This document shows positions 10,658 through 19,783 of a DNA stretch of 64,000 bases, piece after piece; positions within the stretch are counted from its first letter, which is position 1; each line of letters opens with the position of its first letter. The DNA is taken from assembly GCA_024687125.1 (NCBI GenBank), contig JAILFA010000036.1, forward strand, positions 37,801-101,800, given 5' to 3'. The position numbers and the translations under genes were made by a program. The DNA comes from Lachnospiraceae bacterium (GTDB taxonomy: Bacteria > Bacillota > Clostridia > Lachnospirales > Lachnospiraceae). The notes under the pieces were generated by a model, which saw nothing but the letters and a program-made list of their open reading frames with translations, made no database searches and was not told the DNA's origin.

Positions 10658-11475
10658 GAGAGCATCGCCTGCATGACGAGAACCAGAAAGTATACGATCG
10701 GCGCGGCGATCAGGACGCTGTCAAAGCGGTCCATGATCCCGCCGTGGCCGGGGATGAGCTTTCCGAAATCCTTGATCCCGTGATCACGCTTGATCCCGCT
10801 CGCCACGAGGTCTCCCAGCTGTGTGACGATACTGCCGAGCGCGGCGATCACAAGCATAACCCAGATCATATGGTAATTATCCATGGCATGCCCCAGCGCA
10901 ATGCCGAAACAGCCTCCCGCGATCGTTGCGCCGATGGTTCCGCCGATCGCACCCTCGATCGTTTTCTTCGGGGACAGAAGCGGCGTCATTTTATGCCTGC
11001 CGAGCGCCACGCCGGTGAAATAGGCGCAGGTATCGCAGATCCAGGCGATAAACGGAAGCCACACAAAATAGTTGCCGAACGGCAGTTCCCACAGCAGATA
11101 GATAAAGGAGAGCATGCAGGGCGCGTAGATAAAGCAGAAAACGATATCGGCGACCTCACGGCTGTGGATCCGCGGGAAAAAGATCACATACAGGAAGAAC
11201 ATCGCAATGATGAGCAGCATCACCGACACGATGTAGTTGGACATCGACACGGTAAACTTGAGCGCCAGATACAGCTCGACGATCAGTACATAAGCCGCGA
11301 GTTCCTGGAGCGAGATGATTGTGCCCTCCTTGTGGACACCGGTCGCCCGCGCCAGTTCAAAAAAGCCGATCAGAGATATGGCCAGCAGGATACCCCAGAG
11401 CACCCAGCCGCCCAGAAAACACGAAACAGCAAGGATCACTGCGATACACACCCCGCTGATGACACGTTCTTTCAC
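10654..11475 (-). CDS. cdsA: Phosphatidate cytidylyltransferase
   Basis: SPKKTIEG and KDFGKLIPGHGGIMDRFDS; multi-TM. Confidence 0.95.
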   Translation of the reverse strand: MKERVISGVCIAVILAVSCFLGGWVLWGILLAISLIGFFELARATGVHKEGTIISLQELAAYVLIVELYLALKFTVSMSNYIVSVMLLIIAMFFLYVIFFPRIHSREVADIVFCFIYAPCMLSFIYLLWELPFGNYFVWLPFIAWICDTCAYFTGVALGRHKMTPLLSPKKTIEGAIGGTIGATIAGGCFGIALGHAMDNYHMIWVMLVIAALGSIVTQLGDLVASGIKRDHGIKDFGKLIPGHGGIMDRFDSVLIAAPIVYFLVLVMQAMLS

Positions 11476-12218
11476 TTCGCCCCTCCGCTGTTGTCTTTCA
11501 GTCCGCCGTACCTGCGGTCTCTCGCGCCGTAAGCTTCGACGGCTTTTTCCAGTTCTTTTTTGTCAAAATCCGGCCATGCCGTGTCTGTGTAGTAGAATTC
11601 CGCGTACGCGAGCTGCCAGAGCAGAAAGTTTGACAGCCGCTGTTCGCCTGCCGTCCGGATCAGCAGATCCGGATCCGGGAGGTCCGCGGTGTCAAGCTGA
11701 GCGGTGATATCCGCCTCTTTGATCTCTGCGGGGTCGATCTCCCCCGCGGCCGCCTGAGCCGCGATCCGCCGTACAGCGCGTGTGATCTCATCACGGCTTC
11801 CATAGTTGATCGCGATCGTAAACTGCAGGCCCGTGTTCTCCCGGGTCGCCTCCTCAAGCCGCTCGATGCTCTCCAGGATCTTCGGAGAAAGGCGCGAGCG
11901 CTCGCCGATCACACGGCAGCGCACGTTGTTCTTCATGGATTTTTTGATACTGCCCACCAGATAGTCTGCGAGCAGCTTCATCAGCGCTTTGACCTCGTCC
12001 TGCGGACGCGACCAGTTTTCCGTGGAAAAAGCGTAAACCGTCAGGTATTTGATGCCCAGATCCCTCGCGACGGTCAGAATGTTCTCAACGGCTGCGGCGC
12101 CCTTGAGATGCCCCGCGTTGCGCGGCAGACCATGCGCTTTTGCCCATCGACCGTTGCCGTCAAGAATGATGGCAACGTGCGCGGGTACTTTGGATTCCGT
12201 GGGTTCTGCTGCGACCAC
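11472..12218 (-). CDS. uppS: Undecaprenyl diphosphate synthase
   Basis: HVAIILDGNGRW, FSTENWSR, RLSNFLLWQ. Confidence 0.96.
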   Translation of the reverse strand: MVAAEPTESKVPAHVAIILDGNGRWAKAHGLPRNAGHLKGAAAVENILTVARDLGIKYLTVYAFSTENWSRPQDEVKALMKLLADYLVGSIKKSMKNNVRCRVIGERSRLSPKILESIERLEEATRENTGLQFTIAINYGSRDEITRAVRRIAAQAAAGEIDPAEIKEADITAQLDTADLPDPDLLIRTAGEQRLSNFLLWQLAYAEFYYTDTAWPDFDKKELEKAVEAYGARDRRYGGLKDNSGGAK

Positions 12219-12220
12219 TG

Positions 12221-12772
12221 TCAGATCTCCATGAGTTCATTGGACTTTTCTTCGATCGCCTTGTCGATCTTCTTGCAGTAGTCCTCTGTCTTCTTCTGCA
12301 GTTCGTCCTCAAGATCCGCAATCTCATCCTCGGAAACCTCGGTCCCCTTTAATTTCTTGAGAGCGTCGTTGCCGTCACGCCGGATGTTGCGGACCGCCAC
12401 CTTGGCATCCTCGCCTTTTTTACGGATCTCCTTGGTCAGCTGCTTTCTGCGCTCCTCGGTCAGTTCCGGAAAGACCAGCCGGATCACGCTGCCGTCGTCG
12501 GACGGGGTGATGCCCAGGTCGCTCGTCATGATGGCTTTGTTGATCTCCTTGACCATCGATTTATCCCAGGGGGCGATCTGGATCAGACGCGCCTCGGGCA
12601 CGGTCACGTTGCCGACCTGCGCGATGGGCGTCGGGGTTCCGTAATAGTCAACACGGATCCTGTCGAGTACGTGCGGATTGGCTCTTCCTGCTCTGACCGC
12701 CGCCAGCTCGTCCATGAGAAAGTTGTATGCTTTCGTCATCTTTTCATCGTAGATCTTGATCTTTTCGTTCAT
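12221..12772 (-). CDS. frr: Ribosome recycling factor
   Basis: RAGRANP, DYYGTPTP, LTEERRK, VRNIRRD. Confidence 0.97.
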   Translation of the reverse strand: MNEKIKIYDEKMTKAYNFLMDELAAVRAGRANPHVLDRIRVDYYGTPTPIAQVGNVTVPEARLIQIAPWDKSMVKEINKAIMTSDLGITPSDDGSVIRLVFPELTEERRKQLTKEIRKKGEDAKVAVRNIRRDGNDALKKLKGTEVSEDEIADLEDELQKKTEDYCKKIDKAIEEKSNELMEI

Positions 12773-12792
12773 TGCTCAGCCTCCTGTGACTC

Positions 12793-13488
12793 TTAATCCA
12801 CCAGTACGCGTGTGCCGTTGAATTCATTTCTCGCCGCCCGGACGATGCTCTCCTCTTCCTGAAGCGCAAAGACCCGCAGCGGGATCCTGTTCTCCTTGGC
12901 CATGATCGAAGCGGCCAGATCCACGACCTGCAGCCCGCGCGCGATCACATCGTCGATATGGATCTCGTCGAAGCGCTTTGCGTCCGGATTTTTGGCCGGA
13001 TCGCTGTCGTATACGCCGTCGATGTTCTTGGCCAGGAGCACCATGTCTGCGTTGATCTCGCAGGCTCTCAGGAGCGCCCCCGTATCCGTTGAAAAGTACG
13101 GATGCCCCGTCCCGCCGGCAAAAAAGACGACCATGTTCCTGGAAAAATACTTGTTTGCACGGTCCTTGGAAAACAGCTTTGTAAAAGAGCCGCACTCAAA
13201 TGGTGTGAGGATGGCGGTCATCAGCCCCTCCCCGCGAAAGATCTCCGATACATAGATCGCGTTCATGACCGTCGCGAGCATTCCGATCTGATCCGCCTTG
13301 ACCCGGTCTACCGTCTCATTCTGCCGGCCGCGCCAGAAATTTCCGCCGCCGATCACGACACCGACCTGAGTTTCCGAATCGACGAGCGTCTTTACCTGTT
13401 TCCCGACACGTGTGATCATCGCGTCGTCGAAGCCGGTCTTTTTGTCGCCGGCCAGTGCTTCACCGCTCAGTTTCAGGAGTATCCGCAT
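12793..13488 (-). CDS. pyrH: UMP kinase
   Basis: LLKLSGEAL, GGGNFWRG, GTGHPYFSTD. Confidence 0.96.
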   Translation of the reverse strand: MRILLKLSGEALAGDKKTGFDDAMITRVGKQVKTLVDSETQVGVVIGGGNFWRGRQNETVDRVKADQIGMLATVMNAIYVSEIFRGEGLMTAILTPFECGSFTKLFSKDRANKYFSRNMVVFFAGGTGHPYFSTDTGALLRACEINADMVLLAKNIDGVYDSDPAKNPDAKRFDEIHIDDVIARGLQVVDLAASIMAKENRIPLRVFALQEEESIVRAARNEFNGTRVLVD

Positions 13489-13554
13489 ATGTGCCCCTCT
13501 CTGTGCGCCATGCGCACGTATCGTCCGACTCCCTGCCGAAAGACGGTTGCGGGA

Positions 13555-14913
13555 TCAGTTGCTAAGTCCGTCAAAGAACGCCTGCGGATTGACCTCGGCG
13601 TATGTCTGCGAGCACATGCCCTCGATAACCGCGCCGTTGTTGATCTGCACAGACTGGGACTTGATATTGCCCATGACGATCGCGGTCGTATCGAGCACGA
13701 CCGGCCCGTGGACATCGATATCGCCCTTGACAGCACCCGCGATCACAGCACTTGTTGCGTAGATGTTGCCGAGAATGACGGAGCTCTGTCCGATCTTGGC
13801 CGCCCCCTGGGAACGGACCTCGCCGGTGATCCTCGCGTTCTCCGCATAGATCTCCGCCGCTGTCAGATTGCCCTCCAGAGCACCGGTGACATTGAGTTTG
13901 CCGTAGGCGGTCACGTTGCCGTTGATCTTGCCGATGACATCCAGAGATCCCGACGTGGTCACGTCGCCTTCAATGATCATGCCTGCGGTGATGACCGCAT
14001 TCTCATCGGTAGGTGCTGCGAGTTGCTGTGCCTGCTGTTCCATCTTTTCTTCCTCCTGCTTGTATTCTTTCTTATCGTGCTTCCTGTCAAATCCTTTGCT
14101 GCTCTTGCTTTCCTTATGGGGCTCCTCCGCCGGGGGCACCGCTGCGCTCAGCGCGCTTTCAACAAACGCGGCGTCCGCTCCGTCCGCCACCGGATCCGGT
14201 TCCGGCTCAGGCGGCGCTTCGATCGTCTCCTGCAGAGGGGAGATCGCCGCAGCGATCGCCTCGCTGAAAACATCGTTCTCTTCCGGGACTGCTGGCGGTT
14301 CGGGAAAAACGGAATTCTCAAGCTCGTTGAGCGGGAGCTCGGTCTGAACGAAGTTCTCCGTATCAAATTCCTGCTGCGGTTCATCGGCTGCCGGCTCCGG
14401 CAGATCCGCAGGCAGCTCCTCAGGGAGGATACCGATCTCAGCGGCGGGTTCTTCCGCCGGCATCTCCGGCAGTTCCGTGACCGGCTCCGCGGGCATCTCT
14501 GCCATGACAGGCTCTTCCGCGGCCGGCTCGTCCACAGCGCTCATGAAATCACCGTCCAGCTGGTCGATCCTGGAGAGCATGCTGTCCAGATCAAGACCGT
14601 CCAGGGAGTCCGCCGCTGTATCGCTCCCGGTTTCTTCCTCAAGAGCCTGTGCCTCGCGAAAGACATCCTCGACCGTGCGGTCGCCGGTCGTCTCGTCGAT
14701 GACCACGCCGACGTTCGCATCCGGGTTGGGCACTTCGCCCAGCTCATCCGTGATCATCGGATCGATCCCATCGGCCGGCAGTTCATCCGTCACCGGCTCC
14801 GCAGCCATCGCCGCAGCCAGGAGCGGATCATTGGCCCTTTCCTCTTCCTCACCGGGAAGCAGTGAATTCACTGCCTGGGAAAGGTCGCTCTTCAGTTCCG
14901 TGAAAAATCCCAT
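13555..14913 (-). CDS. Bactofilin (polymer-forming cytoskeletal) domain protein with long acidic N-terminal region
   Basis: C-terminal beta-helix repeats (IEGDV, INGNV, LEGNL, ITGEV, ILGNI, VKGDI, VMGNI, GAVIEG); residues ~20-290 are E/D/P/A-rich low complexity. Confidence 0.85.
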   Translation of the reverse strand: MGFFTELKSDLSQAVNSLLPGEEEERANDPLLAAAMAAEPVTDELPADGIDPMITDELGEVPNPDANVGVVIDETTGDRTVEDVFREAQALEEETGSDTAADSLDGLDLDSMLSRIDQLDGDFMSAVDEPAAEEPVMAEMPAEPVTELPEMPAEEPAAEIGILPEELPADLPEPAADEPQQEFDTENFVQTELPLNELENSVFPEPPAVPEENDVFSEAIAAAISPLQETIEAPPEPEPDPVADGADAAFVESALSAAVPPAEEPHKESKSSKGFDRKHDKKEYKQEEEKMEQQAQQLAAPTDENAVITAGMIIEGDVTTSGSLDVIGKINGNVTAYGKLNVTGALEGNLTAAEIYAENARITGEVRSQGAAKIGQSSVILGNIYATSAVIAGAVKGDIDVHGPVVLDTTAIVMGNIKSQSVQINNGAVIEGMCSQTYAEVNPQAFFDGLSN

Positions 14914-14934
14914 GTTCCGTTTCCTCCGTTTTCT

Positions 14935-15921
14935 TTATCTGTCCGGATGGTGCACCGGCTTTGTATCTTCCGTGATCTGTGCAAATTCCGTATTGTCCAT
15001 GGCGAGGACCGCCTCGATGATCCCGGGGAGTGCCTCGACCGTCGTCTGCTTGTTGCCTGCGTCATGCATCAGCACCACAGCCGTCCGGCAGTTTTCGATG
15101 CCGCGGATGACATTGTCAGTGATCTGATAGGCGCCGATGCTGCCGGAGGCATCTCCGGCGTCGACATTCCAGTCAAAATATGTGATGTTTTCCCGCGACA
15201 GATATGCCTTGAGCTCCGACATGGGCGTCGCTGAGGTCGTGTTGGAGCTGCCGCCGGGAAAGCGGTAGATACGGCACCAGATACCGGTCGTATCATAGAG
15301 AAAGTTCTGCAGCTTATGCAGATCGGTCTGGAAGGCGTCCACCGATTCATAGATATCGCTGTATCTGTGCGAATAGGAATGCATGGCCAGCGTGTGGCCG
15401 TCCGTGACGATCCGGTTGTAGGTCTCCTCGAAGCGGCTCTCAGGCTTGCCGACTACAAAGAATGTCGCTTTGATCCCATAGCGTGCGAGGATATCCAGAA
15501 GTTCCTCCGTGGAGCTGCTTGGTCCGTCATCAAAAGTGAGGTAGACACGGCGGATACCGTCCCACTCGTCCTCCGCGGGCTCCTCATCTGCGGGCTCGTC
15601 CGTCACCGGTTCCATCGCAGCCTCGTTGGCAAGACCGTCGAGTTCACCATCCGCGGGTATCTGCGCCTGCTGCTCGGAGGGCTTCTCAGGCTGTGCCGCC
15701 GTACCGGCAGCCGCCTGAGCCTCCCAGGTCTCACGGGCATCGTAATGATTCTTATACCAGGTCAGTTCCTCACGACTGCGCTCAAGCGCATTCATCGCCC
15801 TGTCATAGCGCGCCGCGAAGATGACGCAGATCATCGTCGGGATCAGTATCGCCGCGGCGACCGATACCAGGATGAGCCTGCGGAGAAACCGAACTCTCTT
15901 GTTGTGCTCCTGATTGTCCAT
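14935..15921 (-). CDS. Membrane-anchored polysaccharide/peptidoglycan deacetylase (CE4, NodB domain)
   Basis: N-terminal TM helix and coiled coil; TFDDGP, HSYSH, RFPGG, DWNVD, LMHD. Confidence 0.9.
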   Translation of the reverse strand: MDNQEHNKRVRFLRRLILVSVAAAILIPTMICVIFAARYDRAMNALERSREELTWYKNHYDARETWEAQAAAGTAAQPEKPSEQQAQIPADGELDGLANEAAMEPVTDEPADEEPAEDEWDGIRRVYLTFDDGPSSSTEELLDILARYGIKATFFVVGKPESRFEETYNRIVTDGHTLAMHSYSHRYSDIYESVDAFQTDLHKLQNFLYDTTGIWCRIYRFPGGSSNTTSATPMSELKAYLSRENITYFDWNVDAGDASGSIGAYQITDNVIRGIENCRTAVVLMHDAGNKQTTVEALPGIIEAVLAMDNTEFAQITEDTKPVHHPDR

Positions 15922-15954
15922 ACAGAGTTTATTGTACCACAGATTTGGGCATAA

Positions 15955-15981
15955 TAAAACCCGCAGTCAATGACTGCGGGT
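15955..15981 (-). terminator. Intrinsic terminator after cheY
   Basis: ACCCGCAGTCA-A-TGACTGCGGGT inverted repeat followed by TTTTA on the minus strand. Confidence 0.75.
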
Positions 15982-16009
15982 AAAATATCATATGATATTT
16001 TATATCAGA

Positions 16010-16372
16010 TCAGCCGATGGCTTTCTGAACAGCGGAGATAACACGATCCGCCTGGAAAGGCTTAACGATGAAATCCTTAGCGCCGGCCTGGATGGACTCG
16101 ATGACCATCGCCTGCTGACCCATGGCGGAACACATGATGCAGACCGCATTGGGATCCACTGCCTTGATACCCTTAAGAGCACCGATACCGTCGAGCTCCG
16201 GCATGGTGATATCAAGCGTCACCAGATCGGGCTGCAGTTCCTTGAACTTATCGATCGCCATCTGACCGTTCTCGGCCTCACCCACGACCTCATAGCCACC
16301 CTTGGTCAGGATGTCCTTAAGCATCATGCGCATGAATGCCGCGTCGTCTGTGATCAGAATCTTCTTAGCCAT
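16010..16372 (-). CDS. cheY: Chemotaxis response regulator CheY (single receiver domain)
   Basis: ILITDDAAFMRMML, DITMPELDG, SAMGQQ, FIVKPF as in Firmicute CheY. Confidence 0.9.
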   Translation of the reverse strand: MAKKILITDDAAFMRMMLKDILTKGGYEVVGEAENGQMAIDKFKELQPDLVTLDITMPELDGIGALKGIKAVDPNAVCIMCSAMGQQAMVIESIQAGAKDFIVKPFQADRVISAVQKAIG

Positions 16373-16446
16373 AAAATCCGTCCCTCCTGCATCGTCGGAA
16401 TAGCACAGTAACGTGCCTGTTCTTTAGACACTTACATACATTGGTC

Positions 16447-16475
16447 ATTTTACAGTAAAAGAATCGGGTTGTCAA
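16447..16475 (-). promoter_or_regulatory. Sigma-A promoter of cheY
   Basis: TTGACA-17 nt-TAAAAT on the minus strand. Confidence 0.75.
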
Positions 16476-16491
16476 CTACTTCATATCGCCC

Positions 16492-17352
16492 TCAGATATT
16501 CCCGAGCAGCACGCGTTTCAGATATCTCTGCGCGGTTTTCCGAAGCTGTTCCATGCACGCAATGTCCGTCGCCGGCTCCCGCATCCTGAATCTCGGAAAA
16601 TACCTTGTGATATGGAGGATCATCTCCGGATCGATCCCCGCGAGCCAGGCTGCTTCCCGCTCCATATCCGCGGGGGAGTCATTCAGTCCCGGCACGATCA
16701 GGCTCGTCACCTCGACGTGAGATACGGCGGCGGCACGGGTGATCGTGTTCATTACGGTCTTCAGATCACCGCCGAGTCTCCTGTAGCCCTCTTCGGTGAA
16801 CACCTTGAGATCTATGTTCCACGCATCGATGACCGGCAGGATCTCGTCGAGCACCGTGTCCGTGACACACCCGTTCGTGACAGCCACGTTTTTCATGCCC
16901 GACCCATGGATGAGACGCCCGGCATCCCTGACGTATTCCCAGCTGATGAGCGGTTCGTTATAGGTATACGCCACGCCGAGATTGCCCTCCGGCATCGCCG
17001 AAAACTCCTCTGCCAGCGCGCAGAGCTCCTCGGGCGGGATCATGCGGACCGGAAGCCCCGGCATGTCGTCGCCGCCCTCCGCGGGCTGAGCGATCTCATG
17101 GTTCTGGCAGAACGGGCAGGCCAGATTGCAGCCGAAGCCGCCGATCGAAAGGATCATGCTTCCCGGATAGAAATCAGCCAGCGGCTTTTTCTCGATCGGA
17201 TCCAGTGCAATGCTCGTCACCGCTCCGTAATTCAGCAGCCGGATCTCACCGCCCTGTACACCCCGCGCGAGGCACACGCCCCTCTGTCCCTCGCGGAGTC
17301 TGCATCCGTGCGGACAGGTGCCGCAGGTAAGTGTTCCCTGTTCCTGTGTCAT
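16492..17352 (-). CDS. AmmeMemoRadiSam-type radical SAM enzyme (AmrS-like)
   Basis: N-terminal CxxCPHxC, DPIEKKPL, radical SAM CNLACPFCQN, YTYNEP; start at the ATG at 17352. Confidence 0.85.
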   Translation of the reverse strand: MTQEQGTLTCGTCPHGCRLREGQRGVCLARGVQGGEIRLLNYGAVTSIALDPIEKKPLADFYPGSMILSIGGFGCNLACPFCQNHEIAQPAEGGDDMPGLPVRMIPPEELCALAEEFSAMPEGNLGVAYTYNEPLISWEYVRDAGRLIHGSGMKNVAVTNGCVTDTVLDEILPVIDAWNIDLKVFTEEGYRRLGGDLKTVMNTITRAAAVSHVEVTSLIVPGLNDSPADMEREAAWLAGIDPEMILHITRYFPRFRMREPATDIACMEQLRKTAQRYLKRVLLGNI

Positions 17353-17353
17353 A

Positions 17354-19783
17354 TCATATCCCCGCGCCTGCCCCGGTGACACGGAACATGATCTCTCTGG
17401 TCATTCCCTCGCAGGCGATGGTGACTCTGCCTTCGCCGGTCCTGCCGTTCGTCCGCACATAAAAGCCGGTCATGCCGCCGCGGAAGGCCGTTACCTCCGG
17501 ACCGATCAGCGAGACGGCACCGCTTGCCGACAAAGAAACCCCCTCCTGAAAGTACGGCAGGACGCCTCCGTTTTGATCCACCATGCGGATCCGCACGGAA
17601 GCGGCATCCCAGGCATCCTCCTCACGCAATAAATAACAGCCGTTATTGTCAATCTCCGCGCCGATCCGGATCTCCATCCGGTGTGAGAGCACAGCGGATC
17701 TTGTGATGCTCTCGGCCGCTTCGCCGCCGCGGATCGCCTCAAAGCGATAGGTGAGCGCCGTCCCGCCCCAGTTGCCGATATACTTGCCGTAAAGACGGAC
17801 CGCCTCCTCCATGGTAATGTGGTCGACCATCATCATCTTTGCCGCTTCGAGCTTTGTCCTGGGCGGAAGAGAATCCATTCCGTACTTTGCGACAGCCCTG
17901 AGCAGACGCTTGATCTGCGCGGCCTGCGCTTTGGTGTACGGCTCATTCTTTTCGATCAGATCCCCGACAAAGTCATCGATCAGGATCGGCGGATGCGGCA
18001 GGGACGGATACTCCTCAACGTCCGGCCAGAACTCGGCGATGAACTCGTCATTCTTGTACATCCGGACACTGTCGGCATTCGTGAACGCATACAGCTTCGT
18101 CAGCTGCCCGGCGGGATGCTCGCCGATATCCATCGTGCTGCTGATCGCGAACACATCATGATCGTCTCCCTGCGAAGCCCACAGGTACGCCGCAAGCTTG
18201 GGATTGCGGAACATATCCATAACGCCGTGGTAGCAGATGCGGTCGCCGCTGCCGAAATCGCGATGCGTGTTGTAGTCAAACATGCACCAGGCAAACTCGC
18301 CGGCGATGCCGTCCTGCTCGAAGGCGTCATTCATCACACGCGCATGGCGCAGGGCGTGCGCTGTACGGTGCAGCTCGTCGTCAAACGCCTTGGTCGGGAA
18401 CATATGCCCGTTGTTTTCCGTGATCAGATAGCCCCTGGAGAGATCGGGCGTGACATCCTTTTTATCTGAGACACCCGCGTTCGTACCGTTGTGCAGGAAG
18501 TCATTGTAGGTGTAGACATCCTCGAGGAGCTGGCTCTTTTTCAGGTAGCGCACGCCGCCGGTGGGACGTGTCGTATCGAGTTCATGGGCGATCCGGTTTG
18601 TTTTTGTATAAAACGCCTCGTCATCCTGGGACTCATTGATCCGAACTCCCCAGATAAAGATCGAAGGATGGTTGCGGTACTGCAGGATCATCTCCCGCAC
18701 GTTTTCGCACGCCTGCTCCTTCCAGGCGTCCCCGCCGATATGCTGCCAGCCCGGGATCTCCATGAACACAAGGAGTCCCAGCTCGTCGCAGCGTTCGATA
18801 AAGCTCTGTGCCTGCGGATAGTGCGAGGTCCGCACCGCGTTGACCTGAAGCTCGGATTTCAGGATGTCCGCGTCCTCCCTCTGCAGACGGTCCGGCATCG
18901 CATACCCGTTGTATGCATAGCACTGGTGGCGGTTCAGGCCCCGGACCGTGATACGTTCGCCGTTGATGTAAAGCCCGTCGGCATTGAACCGGATGGTGCG
19001 GAAACCGAAGCGGTCCGCTTTTTCATCGATCTGTTCACCGCCGGTCACGATCTCGGTGCGGACGGTATAGAGCACGGGACTATCCGGCGACCACGGACGG
19101 ATGCCGCGGATCTCCCAGACAGAGGCGGCTTTCGACTGACCGGCGGGAAACGTCTGGCGGTGCGAAGCGATCTCCTCTCCCTGCTCGTTCAGAACATGAC
19201 AGATAAGCGAGATCTTTTCCTGCGCCGGCCGGGAGATCGTTGTCTCCACGGACAGGACAGCCGAGGAGGCTCGCACCCTGTCCGTCCGGATGCAGATGTC
19301 CTCGATGTGCAGAGGGGAACCGACCTCGAGATAAGCACCGCGGTACAGTCCTCCATAGGTCATGTAATCGATCACAAAGCCGAACGGCGGCTGATCGAGT
19401 GTCTCATTGCTGTCAAGGCGCACGGCGAGCACATTCTTTTCGCCCGCCGGTGCCAGGAAGTCTGTCAGATCCATCGTGAACGCCGTGTATCCGCTTTTGT
19501 GCGTACCGATCTCCTCGCCGTTCAGATACACCGTTGCCTCGTGCGCCGCCCCCTCGAGGGTCAGGAACACGCTCCGATCCTCCCAGCTGTTCTCCGTGAG
19601 GAAAACCTTGCGGTATCCGCTCACCATCTGGTAGATATGCTCGTCAAAGTAGTTAAACGGTGTCTGCACCACGCTGTGCGGGAGCACGACATTCTCTCCC
19701 CCCGCCGGCGCGTCTGCCCCTCTGATCTCCTCGGTCCATTCCTGATAAAATGTCCAGTCCCTGTTCCATGCCGTTTTTTTCAT
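17354..19783 (-). CDS. Glycoside hydrolase family 2 (beta-galactosidase-like)
   Basis: GLNRHQ, VRTSHYP, RNHPSIFIWGVRINE, WCMFDYNT. Confidence 0.92.
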   Translation of the reverse strand: MKKTAWNRDWTFYQEWTEEIRGADAPAGGENVVLPHSVVQTPFNYFDEHIYQMVSGYRKVFLTENSWEDRSVFLTLEGAAHEATVYLNGEEIGTHKSGYTAFTMDLTDFLAPAGEKNVLAVRLDSNETLDQPPFGFVIDYMTYGGLYRGAYLEVGSPLHIEDICIRTDRVRASSAVLSVETTISRPAQEKISLICHVLNEQGEEIASHRQTFPAGQSKAASVWEIRGIRPWSPDSPVLYTVRTEIVTGGEQIDEKADRFGFRTIRFNADGLYINGERITVRGLNRHQCYAYNGYAMPDRLQREDADILKSELQVNAVRTSHYPQAQSFIERCDELGLLVFMEIPGWQHIGGDAWKEQACENVREMILQYRNHPSIFIWGVRINESQDDEAFYTKTNRIAHELDTTRPTGGVRYLKKSQLLEDVYTYNDFLHNGTNAGVSDKKDVTPDLSRGYLITENNGHMFPTKAFDDELHRTAHALRHARVMNDAFEQDGIAGEFAWCMFDYNTHRDFGSGDRICYHGVMDMFRNPKLAAYLWASQGDDHDVFAISSTMDIGEHPAGQLTKLYAFTNADSVRMYKNDEFIAEFWPDVEEYPSLPHPPILIDDFVGDLIEKNEPYTKAQAAQIKRLLRAVAKYGMDSLPPRTKLEAAKMMMVDHITMEEAVRLYGKYIGNWGGTALTYRFEAIRGGEAAESITRSAVLSHRMEIRIGAEIDNNGCYLLREEDAWDAASVRIRMVDQNGGVLPYFQEGVSLSASGAVSLIGPEVTAFRGGMTGFYVRTNGRTGEGRVTIACEGMTREIMFRVTGAGAGI

